The notes under the pieces are model-generated. The model was not told the DNA's origin. It saw nothing but the letters and a program-made list of their open reading frames with translations, and did no database searches. DNA of 63,643 bases, the filler included, from Bigelowiella natans CCMP2755 (lineage: Eukaryota; Protista; Cercozoa): the NCBI GenBank assembly GCA_000320545.1. It is 7 parts of 7 records of this genome, joined end to end, with 100 filler letters (N's around TTAATTAATTAA, not from the genome) between each part and the next. Parts side by side here need not be neighbours in the genome. Positions count along the whole stretch, not along the records: positions 7,678 to 31,673 come from ADNK01000594.1; positions 31,774 to 41,518 come from ADNK01002973.1; 5 more parts are not named here. One strand, written 5' to 3'. The translations under genes and the position numbers were made by a program. Every line of letters starts with the position of its first letter. Position 1 is the stretch's first letter. This document shows, one piece after another, positions 25,624-35,130 of the stretch.

Positions 25624-26990
25624 TCAAAGCTCCAGCCCAGTGATGGTGTTTTCGTACCCAGGTTTCACCCATTGATCCTCAAAGCCATCTTCAAACTCAA
25701 CATCCTGAGGGGTGTACTCACCAAATGCTGGGCAAGTCTGTTGATTATTTCTACTAAGATTGCATTCCACACAAGTCAATCTACAATTGTTCCACAGATG
25801 AGGTTGAGCATTATCAATTCTATCCACAGAAACATTATCAGCAGTAAATCCACATCTACACACAGGACATTGTGGATGATTATTAACAGTTCTTTTCATC
25901 CATTCCTCATCAATATATTCTTTATCTTTCCAAGTTCTACCAGCTCTTTTGTCCTGAGATTTATATGAAGATACTTTCATTCGTAGTTTTTGAGAAATCA
26001 TACTTTCTTTTAATCTGTAGCATTCTTTATCGCTGTGCTGATATATTTGTATCTGTGATAGGTCAGTTGAACGATTCATAGCAGTCCAGAGCCACTTGCG
26101 ATTAATTCTACAGGTGTCAGTATCGAATACGGTAATAGGGCCATCTACTGATAATCCTTGAAAACTATGATAGGTAGAGGCATATGATAATCTAAAATGC
26201 TTACTAATTAATTCTATAGGAATTCTTATTTCTTCCATATCACATACATCCTGTATTACAAATTCTTTTTTACTTACTTTAACAATTTCATAAGCATAGT
26301 TCACATATAGTTTTGGTTTCTTATTATATTTTTTACACACAATCTCCATACCAGCATAGTAGCAAATACCATCTACATAAACCTTTTTTCTCGGTTTCTT
26401 TTGTAGACCGTGGATATACTTACCTACTGAACGGGATCTAAAGTTGTAGAAGGTAATGTTATTAAGTGTTTTTACTTTATCCATACTTTCAACAACTTTA
26501 AAATATTTTTTTAGCACATCAAATGGTTTAGTTTTTACATCAAATATTTCTTGTTTTAATCGTGCAAGAGTATTTCTTTCCTCGTCTGTTTTTACTCTCT
26601 TACAGATTTTAAGAGTGATTTGATTAGGGAACATATCATTCATAGCTTCAGTTGTTCTAACATCAAGGTCTTTGATGTTGTTAAACAGATATTCGTTTTC
26701 AATGGGATCCAATTGAGCTAAATCACCAGTAGCAATAAATTTTTTATCAACATGCTTATCCATAAATAACTTAATTTTTGATAGTTGATGTAGTGAATAC
26801 ATATAAACCTCATCAAAGCATATAACATCATGTGGTGAAATATCAAATTTTCTTATGTATTTACATTCGTTGTTATGAATGTTAAGGCTAAATAATCTAT
26901 GATAAGTAATAGCATCGTGTCCGCTCTCACGAATATTTTGGCATAATTTATTAAACGGTGCTACGAACAAGATTTTTTTACCTTTATATT
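25624..26990 (-). CDS. SF1 (RecD/Pif1-like) helicase plus C-terminal HNH/His-Me endonuclease; C-terminal part of a PolB fusion
   Basis: Helicase motifs FVAPFN (Ia), TYHRLF, CFDEVYM (II), ATGDLAQL (III), TYHSFQGLS (V), WTAMNRS (VI). Nuclease CPVC...SVDRIDNAQPHLWNNCRLTCVECN. Walker A (PGSGKS) sits at the end of the upstream ORF, one nucleotide out of frame. Confidence 0.85.
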
Positions 26991-29474
26991 TTTAACTGAA
27001 TAACTCTTACCACTACCAGGTAGCAAAGCATTCACAAGAGTTCTATCATACTTATCAAATACGTTTGTAATTTCTTCTGTATTCCATTCATTCACAATAT
27101 CAATCTTATTAATGTTAATTGTTTTAGGTTCTACCACTTCATTTTCTAAAGGAATAAAGTATTGACCCATAACCTTAGTTTTTTCCTCCAATTTCACACC
27201 ACCAATGTCTTTATTAAAATCAAAGTAAGGTTTAATCTTGTCAACTTTATCTCTTACAATAATACAATCAGTTTTAATAGCTATAGGATGTAATCCTACA
27301 GATAAACATTTATTATATAAATTAAACATCTTAATAGAAACAAGGTCATATATCATATCTTTAATAGGTTTGAATGTTTCTCTTACCAGTTTTTTAGTGG
27401 TTCTTACAAGTAAGAATAGATCATCACTGATAGGGTTAATTTCGCCGCCACATAATTTCTTATAATGGTTTGCTTCATTCAAATTTTTGTAAATTTTACA
27501 TACTGATTTATGATTGTATTTCTTCTCAAGCTGTCCTGTAATTTTATTACATATGAATTTATTAGCATTGATGGTTCCAAGTTCTGTTTTACACAGTTTA
27601 TCAACTGCTTTGCTAAATTTAACAGCAGCAACATTAGAAGGTCTAATGTAGTATAGTATATCGTAACTATTTTCATTCATTTGTTTTAATTTAAATCCAT
27701 ATACTCTGTTGTATCTTTTAGGTAATAAGATATTATGAGCTTCACCTCCATCTAAACTCATTACAACATACATTGCAAGGTCTTCTATGGAATGATTATC
27801 ATATTTGACATAATTATCAAAATAATGAAAAATAGGAATTCGAGAGATTGATTTTAAAGCCCAAGTACAACATTTATTAACATCAATACCATTTCCAATA
27901 GCATCATCACTTAGTCTTCCTACAGCAGGTCCTTTAGGATATGCTTCATTCATTCTTAATGCTTCATCGTTAAAAATGCTTATGTGTTCTTTTTTAATAA
28001 TTTTTTGATAGAAGTCATCATCTGCTTTCACAAAATTTTCATAGTTATTTTCATTTACATCATAAGTAATAATGTCATTCATATTGTTATAGTCAGGATG
28101 AGATATGACACATAGTTTATTGCTAATTCTAAATGACAAAGAAAGTATTCTGTTATGTTGAAAAAATATTCTTGGTTCGTATTTGTGAACATTAATCATT
28201 TCAATTAATAATTCCCTCACATCGCCACAGTAAAAATATTTAATCCATTCATCATCCACTGTTTTAATGTGAGATACGATGTCATTAAGGTTTTCAATGA
28301 ATTTGAAACAATTACTTTTTTCTTCATCTATTGTTCTAAATTTGTATTTGTCATGTACTTGTAATGTATATTTGTTATATTCTACTTCTTTTTTTTTCTG
28401 TTCTAATTCTTTGATTTGGTGATTGAGCAAATAAGCATGATCATTGTGAACCATAACTCTAAAGTTTCGTGGTGAGATGTGCTTGTTGCATTTCTCAGGT
28501 GCAAACTTATCAACTAAATTATGCATGTTGTCGTAAACGGTTAGCCCCAATTTATATTTCTCAAAAAACTTTTTAATCTCTGCCAATGCAATGGCATTGT
28601 CCTTTTTTTTTTCTTTTTTTCCTACAATGTTACAAAGAGCATCATGAGCAAGATTTTTGCATCTGGATTTTTCAAATGATTTTTCATGTGAGTTCACAAT
28701 GGCATTGAACATGCAAGAATTCTCTCTGTTGCATTTTTTAGGTTGATGGAATGGTTCACCAAAAGTTTTAGCATCTTGGTCAATTTCACATTCAAGGTGT
28801 TTGCAATTCATGGCCACATTGTCATCATCATCTTTCACCACAATTTGACTGACATCATGATCACTTGATGATTCAGAATCATGAGATCCATTGCAAATGA
28901 TTTTGATGTGATCACCATGTTCAAATGAAGGGTCATTCATTTCCTCAGCCATGTTTTGGTTTCTCATTGACACTCCACAAACTTGTCCATCAAATGATTT
29001 TGATTTGATTTTGACAAATCTGCCAATGGCATTTCTGAATGCTTGAGTGGTTTTTTTCAAAACCACACCGTTGATGGTCATCACATTTGCCAATCTCAGT
29101 CCTTTGTGATTGAATTCATTGACAGCATGTTTTCTTTCTTCATCCACCTTGCGATGAACAAAAATTGCAAAACTTGCATTGCTGCCACCACAGATTGTTC
29201 CATGTGTTTTTTTCAGTTGGCTTTCGTTGAGGTTTCTGAAAGAATTGAGACTGCCATTCACAACTTCAAAAGGTGAACCTTCAACACTCAATTCATTGCA
29301 AGTTCCACCACCAATCTCAACTGATCGGTTGGTGTCAATGTTGCATCCACAACCATTTTTCATCTCTTTGTTTTCAATTTCAGCAAAAAGCTTTTGCAAG
29401 TTCTTTTTTTGAAGAGAACTGAACTTTCCAAAATTTTCCAAAAAACTTTTCATCATGTCATTGGACATTGTCAT
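26961..29474 (-). CDS. polB: Family B DNA polymerase (divergent, protein-primed/Polinton-PLV-like) fused to a helicase; 5' third hypermutated
   Basis: Motif A GIDVNKCC, motif B NKFICNKITGQLEK, motif C IAIKTDCII. N-terminal NSCMFNAI...VHNDHAY resembles the Cys/His pair of vOTU-like domains in pPolBs. AT-rich and intronless, unlike host genes. Confidence 0.72.
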   Translation of the reverse strand: MTMSNDMMKSFLENFGKFSSLQKKNLQKLFAEIENKEMKNGCGCNIDTNRSVEIGGGTCNELSVEGSPFEVVNGSLNSFRNLNESQLKKTHGTICGGSNASFAIFVHRKVDEERKHAVNEFNHKGLRLANVMTINGVVLKKTTQAFRNAIGRFVKIKSKSFDGQVCGVSMRNQNMAEEMNDPSFEHGDHIKIICNGSHDSESSSDHDVSQIVVKDDDDNVAMNCKHLECEIDQDAKTFGEPFHQPKKCNRENSCMFNAIVNSHEKSFEKSRCKNLAHDALCNIVGKKEKKKDNAIALAEIKKFFEKYKLGLTVYDNMHNLVDKFAPEKCNKHISPRNFRVMVHNDHAYLLNHQIKELEQKKKEVEYNKYTLQVHDKYKFRTIDEEKSNCFKFIENLNDIVSHIKTVDDEWIKYFYCGDVRELLIEMINVHKYEPRIFFQHNRILSLSFRISNKLCVISHPDYNNMNDIITYDVNENNYENFVKADDDFYQKIIKKEHISIFNDEALRMNEAYPKGPAVGRLSDDAIGNGIDVNKCCTWALKSISRIPIFHYFDNYVKYDNHSIEDLAMYVVMSLDGGEAHNILLPKRYNRVYGFKLKQMNENSYDILYYIRPSNVAAVKFSKAVDKLCKTELGTINANKFICNKITGQLEKKYNHKSVCKIYKNLNEANHYKKLCGGEINPISDDLFLLVRTTKKLVRETFKPIKDMIYDLVSIKMFNLYNKCLSVGLHPIAIKTDCIIVRDKVDKIKPYFDFNKDIGGVKLEEKTKVMGQYFIPLENEVVEPKTININKIDIVNEWNTEEITNVFDKYDRTLVNALLPGSGKSYSVKNIKVKKSCS

Positions 29475-29564
29475 TGCAGGTCAGATTTCTTCAAGTGAGA
29501 ATTGAACGAATGAAAATTTGAAAAAAAACCACAGTTTTTTTGAGAGTTTTGAAACGAACATGAA

Positions 29565-29780
29565 ATGGTTCAAAAAGAAAAAATCCACAGTGTTGCAATG
29601 AGCGAAAACAACAAAGTGTTCAAATCCAAAACTTCAGAACGTGTGAAAGAGTGCCACAAAAAGAACTCTCAAAAATGGCCACGGAAGGCAGAATGTGAAG
29701 CCTGCAATTGTGTGATTGGATCAGCATCACTGTCTCGACACAAAAGAACTGATGGTGTGTCCCCATTCTGTCCTTTGTGA
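29565..29780 (+). CDS. Small C2H2-like zinc-finger ORF of viral type (hypermutated)
   Basis: CEACNCVIGSASLSRHKRT, preceded by RVKECHKKN (likely ancestral KEYYKKN). Confidence 0.5.
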   Translation: MVQKEKIHSVAMSENNKVFKSKTSERVKECHKKNSQKWPRKAECEACNCVIGSASLSRHKRTDGVSPFCPL

Positions 29781-29865
29781 TTGTCAATGTTTTTCACAAA
29801 TGCTTCTGCAGGTTTGTCACTGACTTCAGGTTTTGTTGGAACTTTTTCATCCTTGTCATTGTTGC

Positions 29866-30135
29866 TCATTGCAATGCAACTGCACACTTTGCAACAATTT
29901 TGAACGAACGTTGATCAAACGACACCATTGCACTGTCAACTTTTTTGGGAACCTTTGGAATTTCTTTTTTCTTCTTTTCCTCCTCTTTCATTTTTGGTTT
30001 GCGAACATCCTTGAAGTGTTTCTTGTTGTGTTCACTCATCTTCTCTTTTTTTTCTTGACGTCTCTTCTTTTGGTGTGCTGTCATTTTTTCTCCATTTGAT
30101 TTGCAATGCACTTTTTGTTTTTCCTTGTCAGACAC
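29866..30135 (-). pseudogene. Small K/E-rich ORF of viral type (hypermutated)
   Basis: KQKVHCKSNGEKM-TAHQKKRRQEKKEKM-SEHNKKHFK reads as a KEYY.KNKEKI-type repeat with Tyr changed to His/Cys and Ile to Met. Confidence 0.45.
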
Positions 30136-30224
30136 TTGTTGAAATGGTTCAGATTTTCACACTTGAAAAAAATGATCTCAACTCAATTGACACATGAGTG
30201 ATTTGAGAGAAACAGAAAAAAGGT

Positions 30225-30761
30225 TCACACGACAGTGGAACAATCACTTGACCCGAAGAGCTGTGATCTCAAAAATGCACACTCTGACACAAATGCGTGT
30301 GCTGCGACTGTTGCGGTTCCTGTGCAGTCATCATCAATGCAGACCCAAACGAAGATCCACAATGGCAGAGCTCCGCCGTCGTGGGAGCAGGCGCGAAAGC
30401 TGGCTTCGCTGAAACAGTCTCCGGACATCGATGACCCACACGGGAACACTCGAAAGTGCCACTTGCCGTCTCTGGTTGAGAATCCTGTGAGAGGACGAGA
30501 CTGCTTGTGGATTGGGATCTGTGTGTGCGCCTCGTTTTCATCCAGAGTCGTGAAGATCTTCGTCATGGTCAGCTCGTCTGGCACCTCGTCGATCTTTCTC
30601 ACAGGGAAGTTTCGTCTCTTCAATGTCTTGTTCACACGACGCAGATTGTGTGCTGGCCTGAAACACGGGAGTGTTTCTTTCTTTGCGAGGATGAGCGGGC
30701 TGTTGTGTCCAGACGTTGAGGGCTTGACTTTGCCGTCGTTTGTCCATTTCTGAACCTGTGG
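30225..30761 (-). pseudogene. Reverse transcriptase fragment of a Ty3/gypsy-like LTR element (hypermutated)
   Basis: One frame: QVQKW.NDGKVKPSTSGHNSPLILAKK...FRP..NLRRVNK...FPVRKIDE...IFTTLD..EAHTQIPI...TGFSTRDGKWHFRVFPCG...WVCIDD. These are RT motifs, with YxDD appearing as CIDD. Confidence 0.88.
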
Positions 30762-31067
30762 TCAGTTTGCGACCACCAAATGCATGTAAGCGCGCATGTA
30801 CATGCATAGCATAAATGGTAGTGCATGCTGTGCTTTATTATATCTTACATTTGCATGTGAGCATGTTTATATAGGTTCAGGCTATCGTTCCTGTGCCTTA
30901 GTTAGTCATATAGGGGCATGTAACGTGAGTTACATGCCCGGAAATACAGTTATAGGAGGGGGCACGTGCAACTGGGAACATCCTTCTCGGTTGTTTCCCC
31001 AACCGTGGATGTTCCTAGGAGCACCCTCGGTATTTTACTTACGACATGGAGTCGGCCTACGTATTGT

Positions 31068-31108
31068 AATATTATAGGGGAAAATGGCCTACATTTTCCC
31101 TAATATTT
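31068..31108. repeat. Imperfect inverted repeat (hairpin)
   Basis: AATATTATAGGGGAAAATG-gccta-CATTTTCCCTAATATT. Confidence 0.55.
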
Positions 31109-31871
31109 TGGGCAACTGCTGCTGCGTAGCATGTTGCTGCTGGGGACGCTGTGTGCCCAGCACATGATGTGTATTGGCGCGCAACGCGCTAGTTTAGCAC
31201 ACTCTAAAAGACCCGCAAGCAAGCGGTAAGCTTTCTCCTTTGGTAGTTTGCTCATGCATGCTCATGTCATGTTATCTATTCAACAGGGTTTTAGTTTTGT
31301 GGATTTAAAGCATTGTAAAAGCATACATTGCACAGTTGTGTTGTTAGCGCTGCGCAATACAACTACACTGGTAGCGGACGAACTACGTTGAACTATGGAT
31401 CAAGGGAACTTATTTGGGTCTCAGGAGGAGACAAGTGACCATGTTGGGGAAGCTGAGGGCAAAGGGACCGAGATAGGAAATTCGGAAGTTTCGACGGGAG
31501 GCTATGGGCTTCGGGATGGCATCCCGGTGGCTCAGCCCGTGGCTTCTGAGCGAAAGTATAAAGCTTGGAAACGGGCGCCCGGTCCTACCCTGACTATGGA
31601 AGGAAGTTCTGGAGCCAGTTTGGGGGAACTTAAGGTGTTTACCAATGCCCGAAAGATTTGCAAAATTTGTTTTNNNNNNNNNNNNNNNNNNNNNNNNNNN
31701 NNNNNNNNNNNNNNNNNTTAATTAATTAANNNNNNNNNNNNNNNNNNNNNNNNNNNNNNNNNNNNNNNNNNNNTTCGTATCCTCTCTATTCAATGCTGGC
31801 TTGAAGATGACGGTGGTCCTATCATAAAATCAAAAATAAGTACAAATAAATAAATCCTGATCAGTAGAAGA

Positions 31872-31910
<39 letters not shown>

Positions 31911-32133
31911 TTATTGGTAGTACTAGTAGTAGCAGCAGCAGCAGCAGCACCTATCCCATATAATAGCATTTGGTCCTCACTGAGAGAACTTCCTCGCCTC
32001 TGGATTCCTTTAGTAAGTAGTATAAGAAGAGCAATAAAAGATCACTCGTTATATTGCTGTTGTTGCTATAACGTGCTTCTTTCTTTCTTCTTTTTCTTCT
32101 TCTTCTTCTTCTTCTTTGTGTCAAAGAATTATG

Positions 32134-32174
<41 letters not shown>

Positions 32175-32328
32175 GTATTTCTTGCTAAGAACTCACACAC
32201 TAAATCATCATCATCATCCTCCTCTTCCTCCTCTATTACTACTAGTAGTAGTGCTAGTAGTGCTAGTAGTGGTAGTCGCAGTAGTAGTAATAGCAGTATC
32301 GACGATGATGATGATGATGAGTAGTACA

Positions 32329-32361
<33 letters not shown>

Positions 32362-32903
32362 CACCAATGGGCAAGTCGTCACGATCACTACTTCCACCCC
32401 CCCCTGAGCTTTCTCCTAAGAATACAATGGCATTACTGTGTTTTCACATCAACAACAGCCGCCTCCAGATGACTTAACTTTCTTCACATTCTCTCTTTCT
32501 AGAAAGTCCGTTCAGTAGTAATGACTGAATCTTCTGTATGATACACTACTACTACTCCTCCTACTACTACTACTACTCTATTTCTATAGCAACGTGGGCA
32601 TGTTAAATGATGACAGAGAAGAGAGGCATAATACCAAGCATGCTGCAACCTCTACAACAACAACAACAACTACTACTACTACTACAACAACTACAACTAC
32701 TCAAACCTCCTCTTCCTCTAGCAAGGGGGTCTACATCATCACCCTCAGCAACGAAATCTCTCAAATCATCCAGCTTAAAGAACTCGTCCTCCACGGCCTC
32801 ACGCTGTATTAGTTAATGAGATGTTGTTGCTGCTGCTGCTGATGATGATCGTGTGCAATGATGATGGCGATAACGAAGATGTGGTGGTATTGATGGTGGT
32901 GGT

Positions 32904-32996
32904 GATACAATCTCATCATCATCACTAATTCTTCGACAATAATCCGTCACTGATACAATCTCATCATCATCACTAATTCTTCGACAATCCGTCACT
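32904..32996 (+). repeat. Tandem repeat, 2 x ~46 bp
   Basis: TGATACAATCTCATCATCATCACTAATTCTTCGACAAT(AAT)CCGTCAC twice. Confidence 0.85.
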
Positions 32997-33516
32997 CCTT
33001 ACTTCTCCTCTTTCCTTCTACATCTTCCTTTCTCATTCATTCATTCTTTACAACATTATAATGAGGAATACTTTTGCGAGATTATGGTAGCCTTGTGGTC
33101 AATGATAGGGGGGAATAATATCTATGTCAACTAGTCAATGTGATAAATATTGAAAATAATAGAAAACCATTTTTCTTTCTTTTCTTTTTTCTCTGTCAAG
33201 CTGCATCTGGCGAGGCGTGATGTCACGTTCAAAAATTCCTAAGACCAATAATTCACGTCAGAAAGGACTTCATTTTGTGTGAATTCATCACGACAAACGA
33301 AAACATAAAGGATCCTTTATCATTTACACCAGCATCTCAATTGCACTACAATTGATAACCACCACCTTGAAATTTTTCCTCGTCGTCATATGATCCTTCT
33401 TCATTGCTTGATGAACTAGTACAACGTGTAAATTATAAATAACAAAAAAATGCAGACAGCATTTATATTGTTATTATTATTATCAAATCGACGATCATCG
33501 ATGCAATGATGCAGCA

Positions 33517-34341
33517 TCAGCGCCACCTTGCCTGCTGCCGATGACGGTGGCCTATAGAATAAGCACCGCCTACGTGATCACCACCACTTTCATCATTGCC
33601 ACGTTCTCTCCTCCTCTTCCTCAAATTATGGTTTGGTTCCCCTCCCTTCAGTTGACGGTTCATCCTGGCATAATCGCTCGCCTCTTTTTGGAGCTGCTCG
33701 TTCCAAGATAATGATTGTGCTGATGCAGCTGCTGGTGCTTGTGATCGAATTTTGGATGATGGTTCCCTCTCAATTTCGGTGCCCAGGACATTGATTCGCA
33801 TCCTATGGAAATTATCACCATCCCATTTGTTATCATTATAATTAACATTGAAGATAATACCCGGTACTTCATGTGGTAGTAATTACTTTCTACGAATGGA
33901 TGATGAGATCTCAATAATGTACAACTACTACTACTACCTTTCAACCAACGACATTAGCAGGTAAAGAACCAGAACACGATGCATATAGAAGGCGTGGTGG
34001 TCCTCAAGGGACCATGGTTCAAAAGAAGGGCTAGCTTGTAGCTTGGCTAGCCAGAGCTAATATGGCGGTTGTTGGTGCGGGGGGACGCAGTGTCATCGCG
34101 TTGATTGGCATTATGGTATTATTGATTAAACCTAGGGCATTTTAAGCCTACGGCAACAGAAAATATCATATATTAAACAAATTCTGTAGAGAAACAGAGC
34201 ACGTGTCTGCCCTTCACGTCCTGAATCCATCCGAGTTACCAGGACAAACAAGCGCTGCGACTAATTTATTTTTCCTAATTAAGTAGAAACGAGCTTTATT
34301 TTGATAATCCACAGGTTGTCGATGGCTGAGAGTCTCTCCTG

Positions 34342-34381
<40 letters not shown>

Positions 34382-34720
34382 AGAAGCAGTACATGTAACT
34401 ACCAACTTCTGCAAGTAGTAACCGACAAACACAGGACGACTTCTGTAACTAATAACGTAGATCTAACAGAATGGGAAGCATAACTTCATCTCGTGGCACC
34501 TCACTGCTACAGCACGTGCACGGCATGCATTCGTACATACTACGACTACCTCCCCTAAGCCGCCTCATTACCACCTTTTATTTCTTGTAAGACGGAAGCG
34601 TATGTTCACCTTCGTCGAAGAAGATCATAGAGTGTGACTATGCCTACCGCTCGCGACGAGCTAGCTGCAACCTTCGTAGCTAGGACTGCAAGCGACTTTA
34701 AGATGGAAACTCCATCAGTT
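33517..34720 (-). CDS. Multi-exon hypothetical protein
   Basis: Spliceable exons PSYKLALLLNHGPLEDHHAFYMHRVLVLYLLMSLVER| and RSHHPFVESNYYHMKYR| lead into last exon ORF 33517..33801. 5' end uncertain. Confidence 0.35.
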
Positions 34721-35130
34721 AGTCCCAAATCAACAAGAGCCTGCGATGCGAAACAAGGACGACCTACTCACATAGTGAATTTTCAAATGGCAAGAATGGA
34801 CCCTGGGCAGCTTCCAGGTGCTGTCAAGGTAAAACATTAATTGGTGTTTTCATTAGAAGAACACCACAATACACTGTATCATTAATATGAATTTCTACCC
34901 TCAGTTTGATAACGAAAAGAATACCTTACCAGCAATGATGCACGGTCGACGTCGATCTGTCCTAAAGCAAATGTAGAAACTGTATAAATCAGACTCGAAC
35001 GAAAATAAAATTCAGCATTAATTACATGAGGATTTTTCAATTTCTATCTTCCTAAAGAAGATTCTAATCATTTGAATATTTGTTTTTATATTCTAGCAAA
35101 TCGAAGATCTTTGAACAGTCTGTGCAAGGT

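Larger units (their letters stand above)
25624..30240 (-). mobile_element. Fragment of an endogenous Polinton-like virus or self-synthesising DNA element
   Basis: AT-rich intronless block with PolB-helicase-HNH and small viral-type ORFs, inserted at the end of an RT fragment. No capsid, ATPase, integrase or TIR seen. Confidence 0.6.
28771..30786. other. TpA-erased hypermutated tract 2
   Basis: Manual scan finds no TA in ~2.0 kb, most of it AT-rich. TA returns gradually over 28400-28770 and abruptly at 30787. Confidence 0.93.

Noticed and set aside
26961-26995. Programmed ribosomal frameshift between PolB and helicase
   Set aside because: The break falls inside the helicase, between motifs I and Ia. 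A 1-nt deletion or sequencing error in an A/T run is simpler, although an A7 run nearby means it is not fully excluded.
26961-29474. Alternative genetic code or codon bias explaining the lack of Tyr
   Set aside because: The same ORF is Tyr- and TA-rich in its 3' two thirds, and TA loss covers all frames and non-coding DNA.
21261-30761. ADAR hyper-editing of retroelement RNA
   Set aside because: Both A>G and T>C occur on the same strand, AA runs are largely spared, and the tract extends into a DNA element and non-coding flanks.
20333-30786. Classical fungal RIP or CpG methylation decay as the cause of TG/CA richness
   Set aside because: RIP creates TpA and 5mC decay removes CpG. Here TpA is lost and CpG persists, and conserved Tyr codons show TA was ancestral.
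32904-32996. CRISPR-like array (also considered for 23001-23320)
   Set aside because: Only two units, no unique spacers, eukaryotic context and no cas genes.
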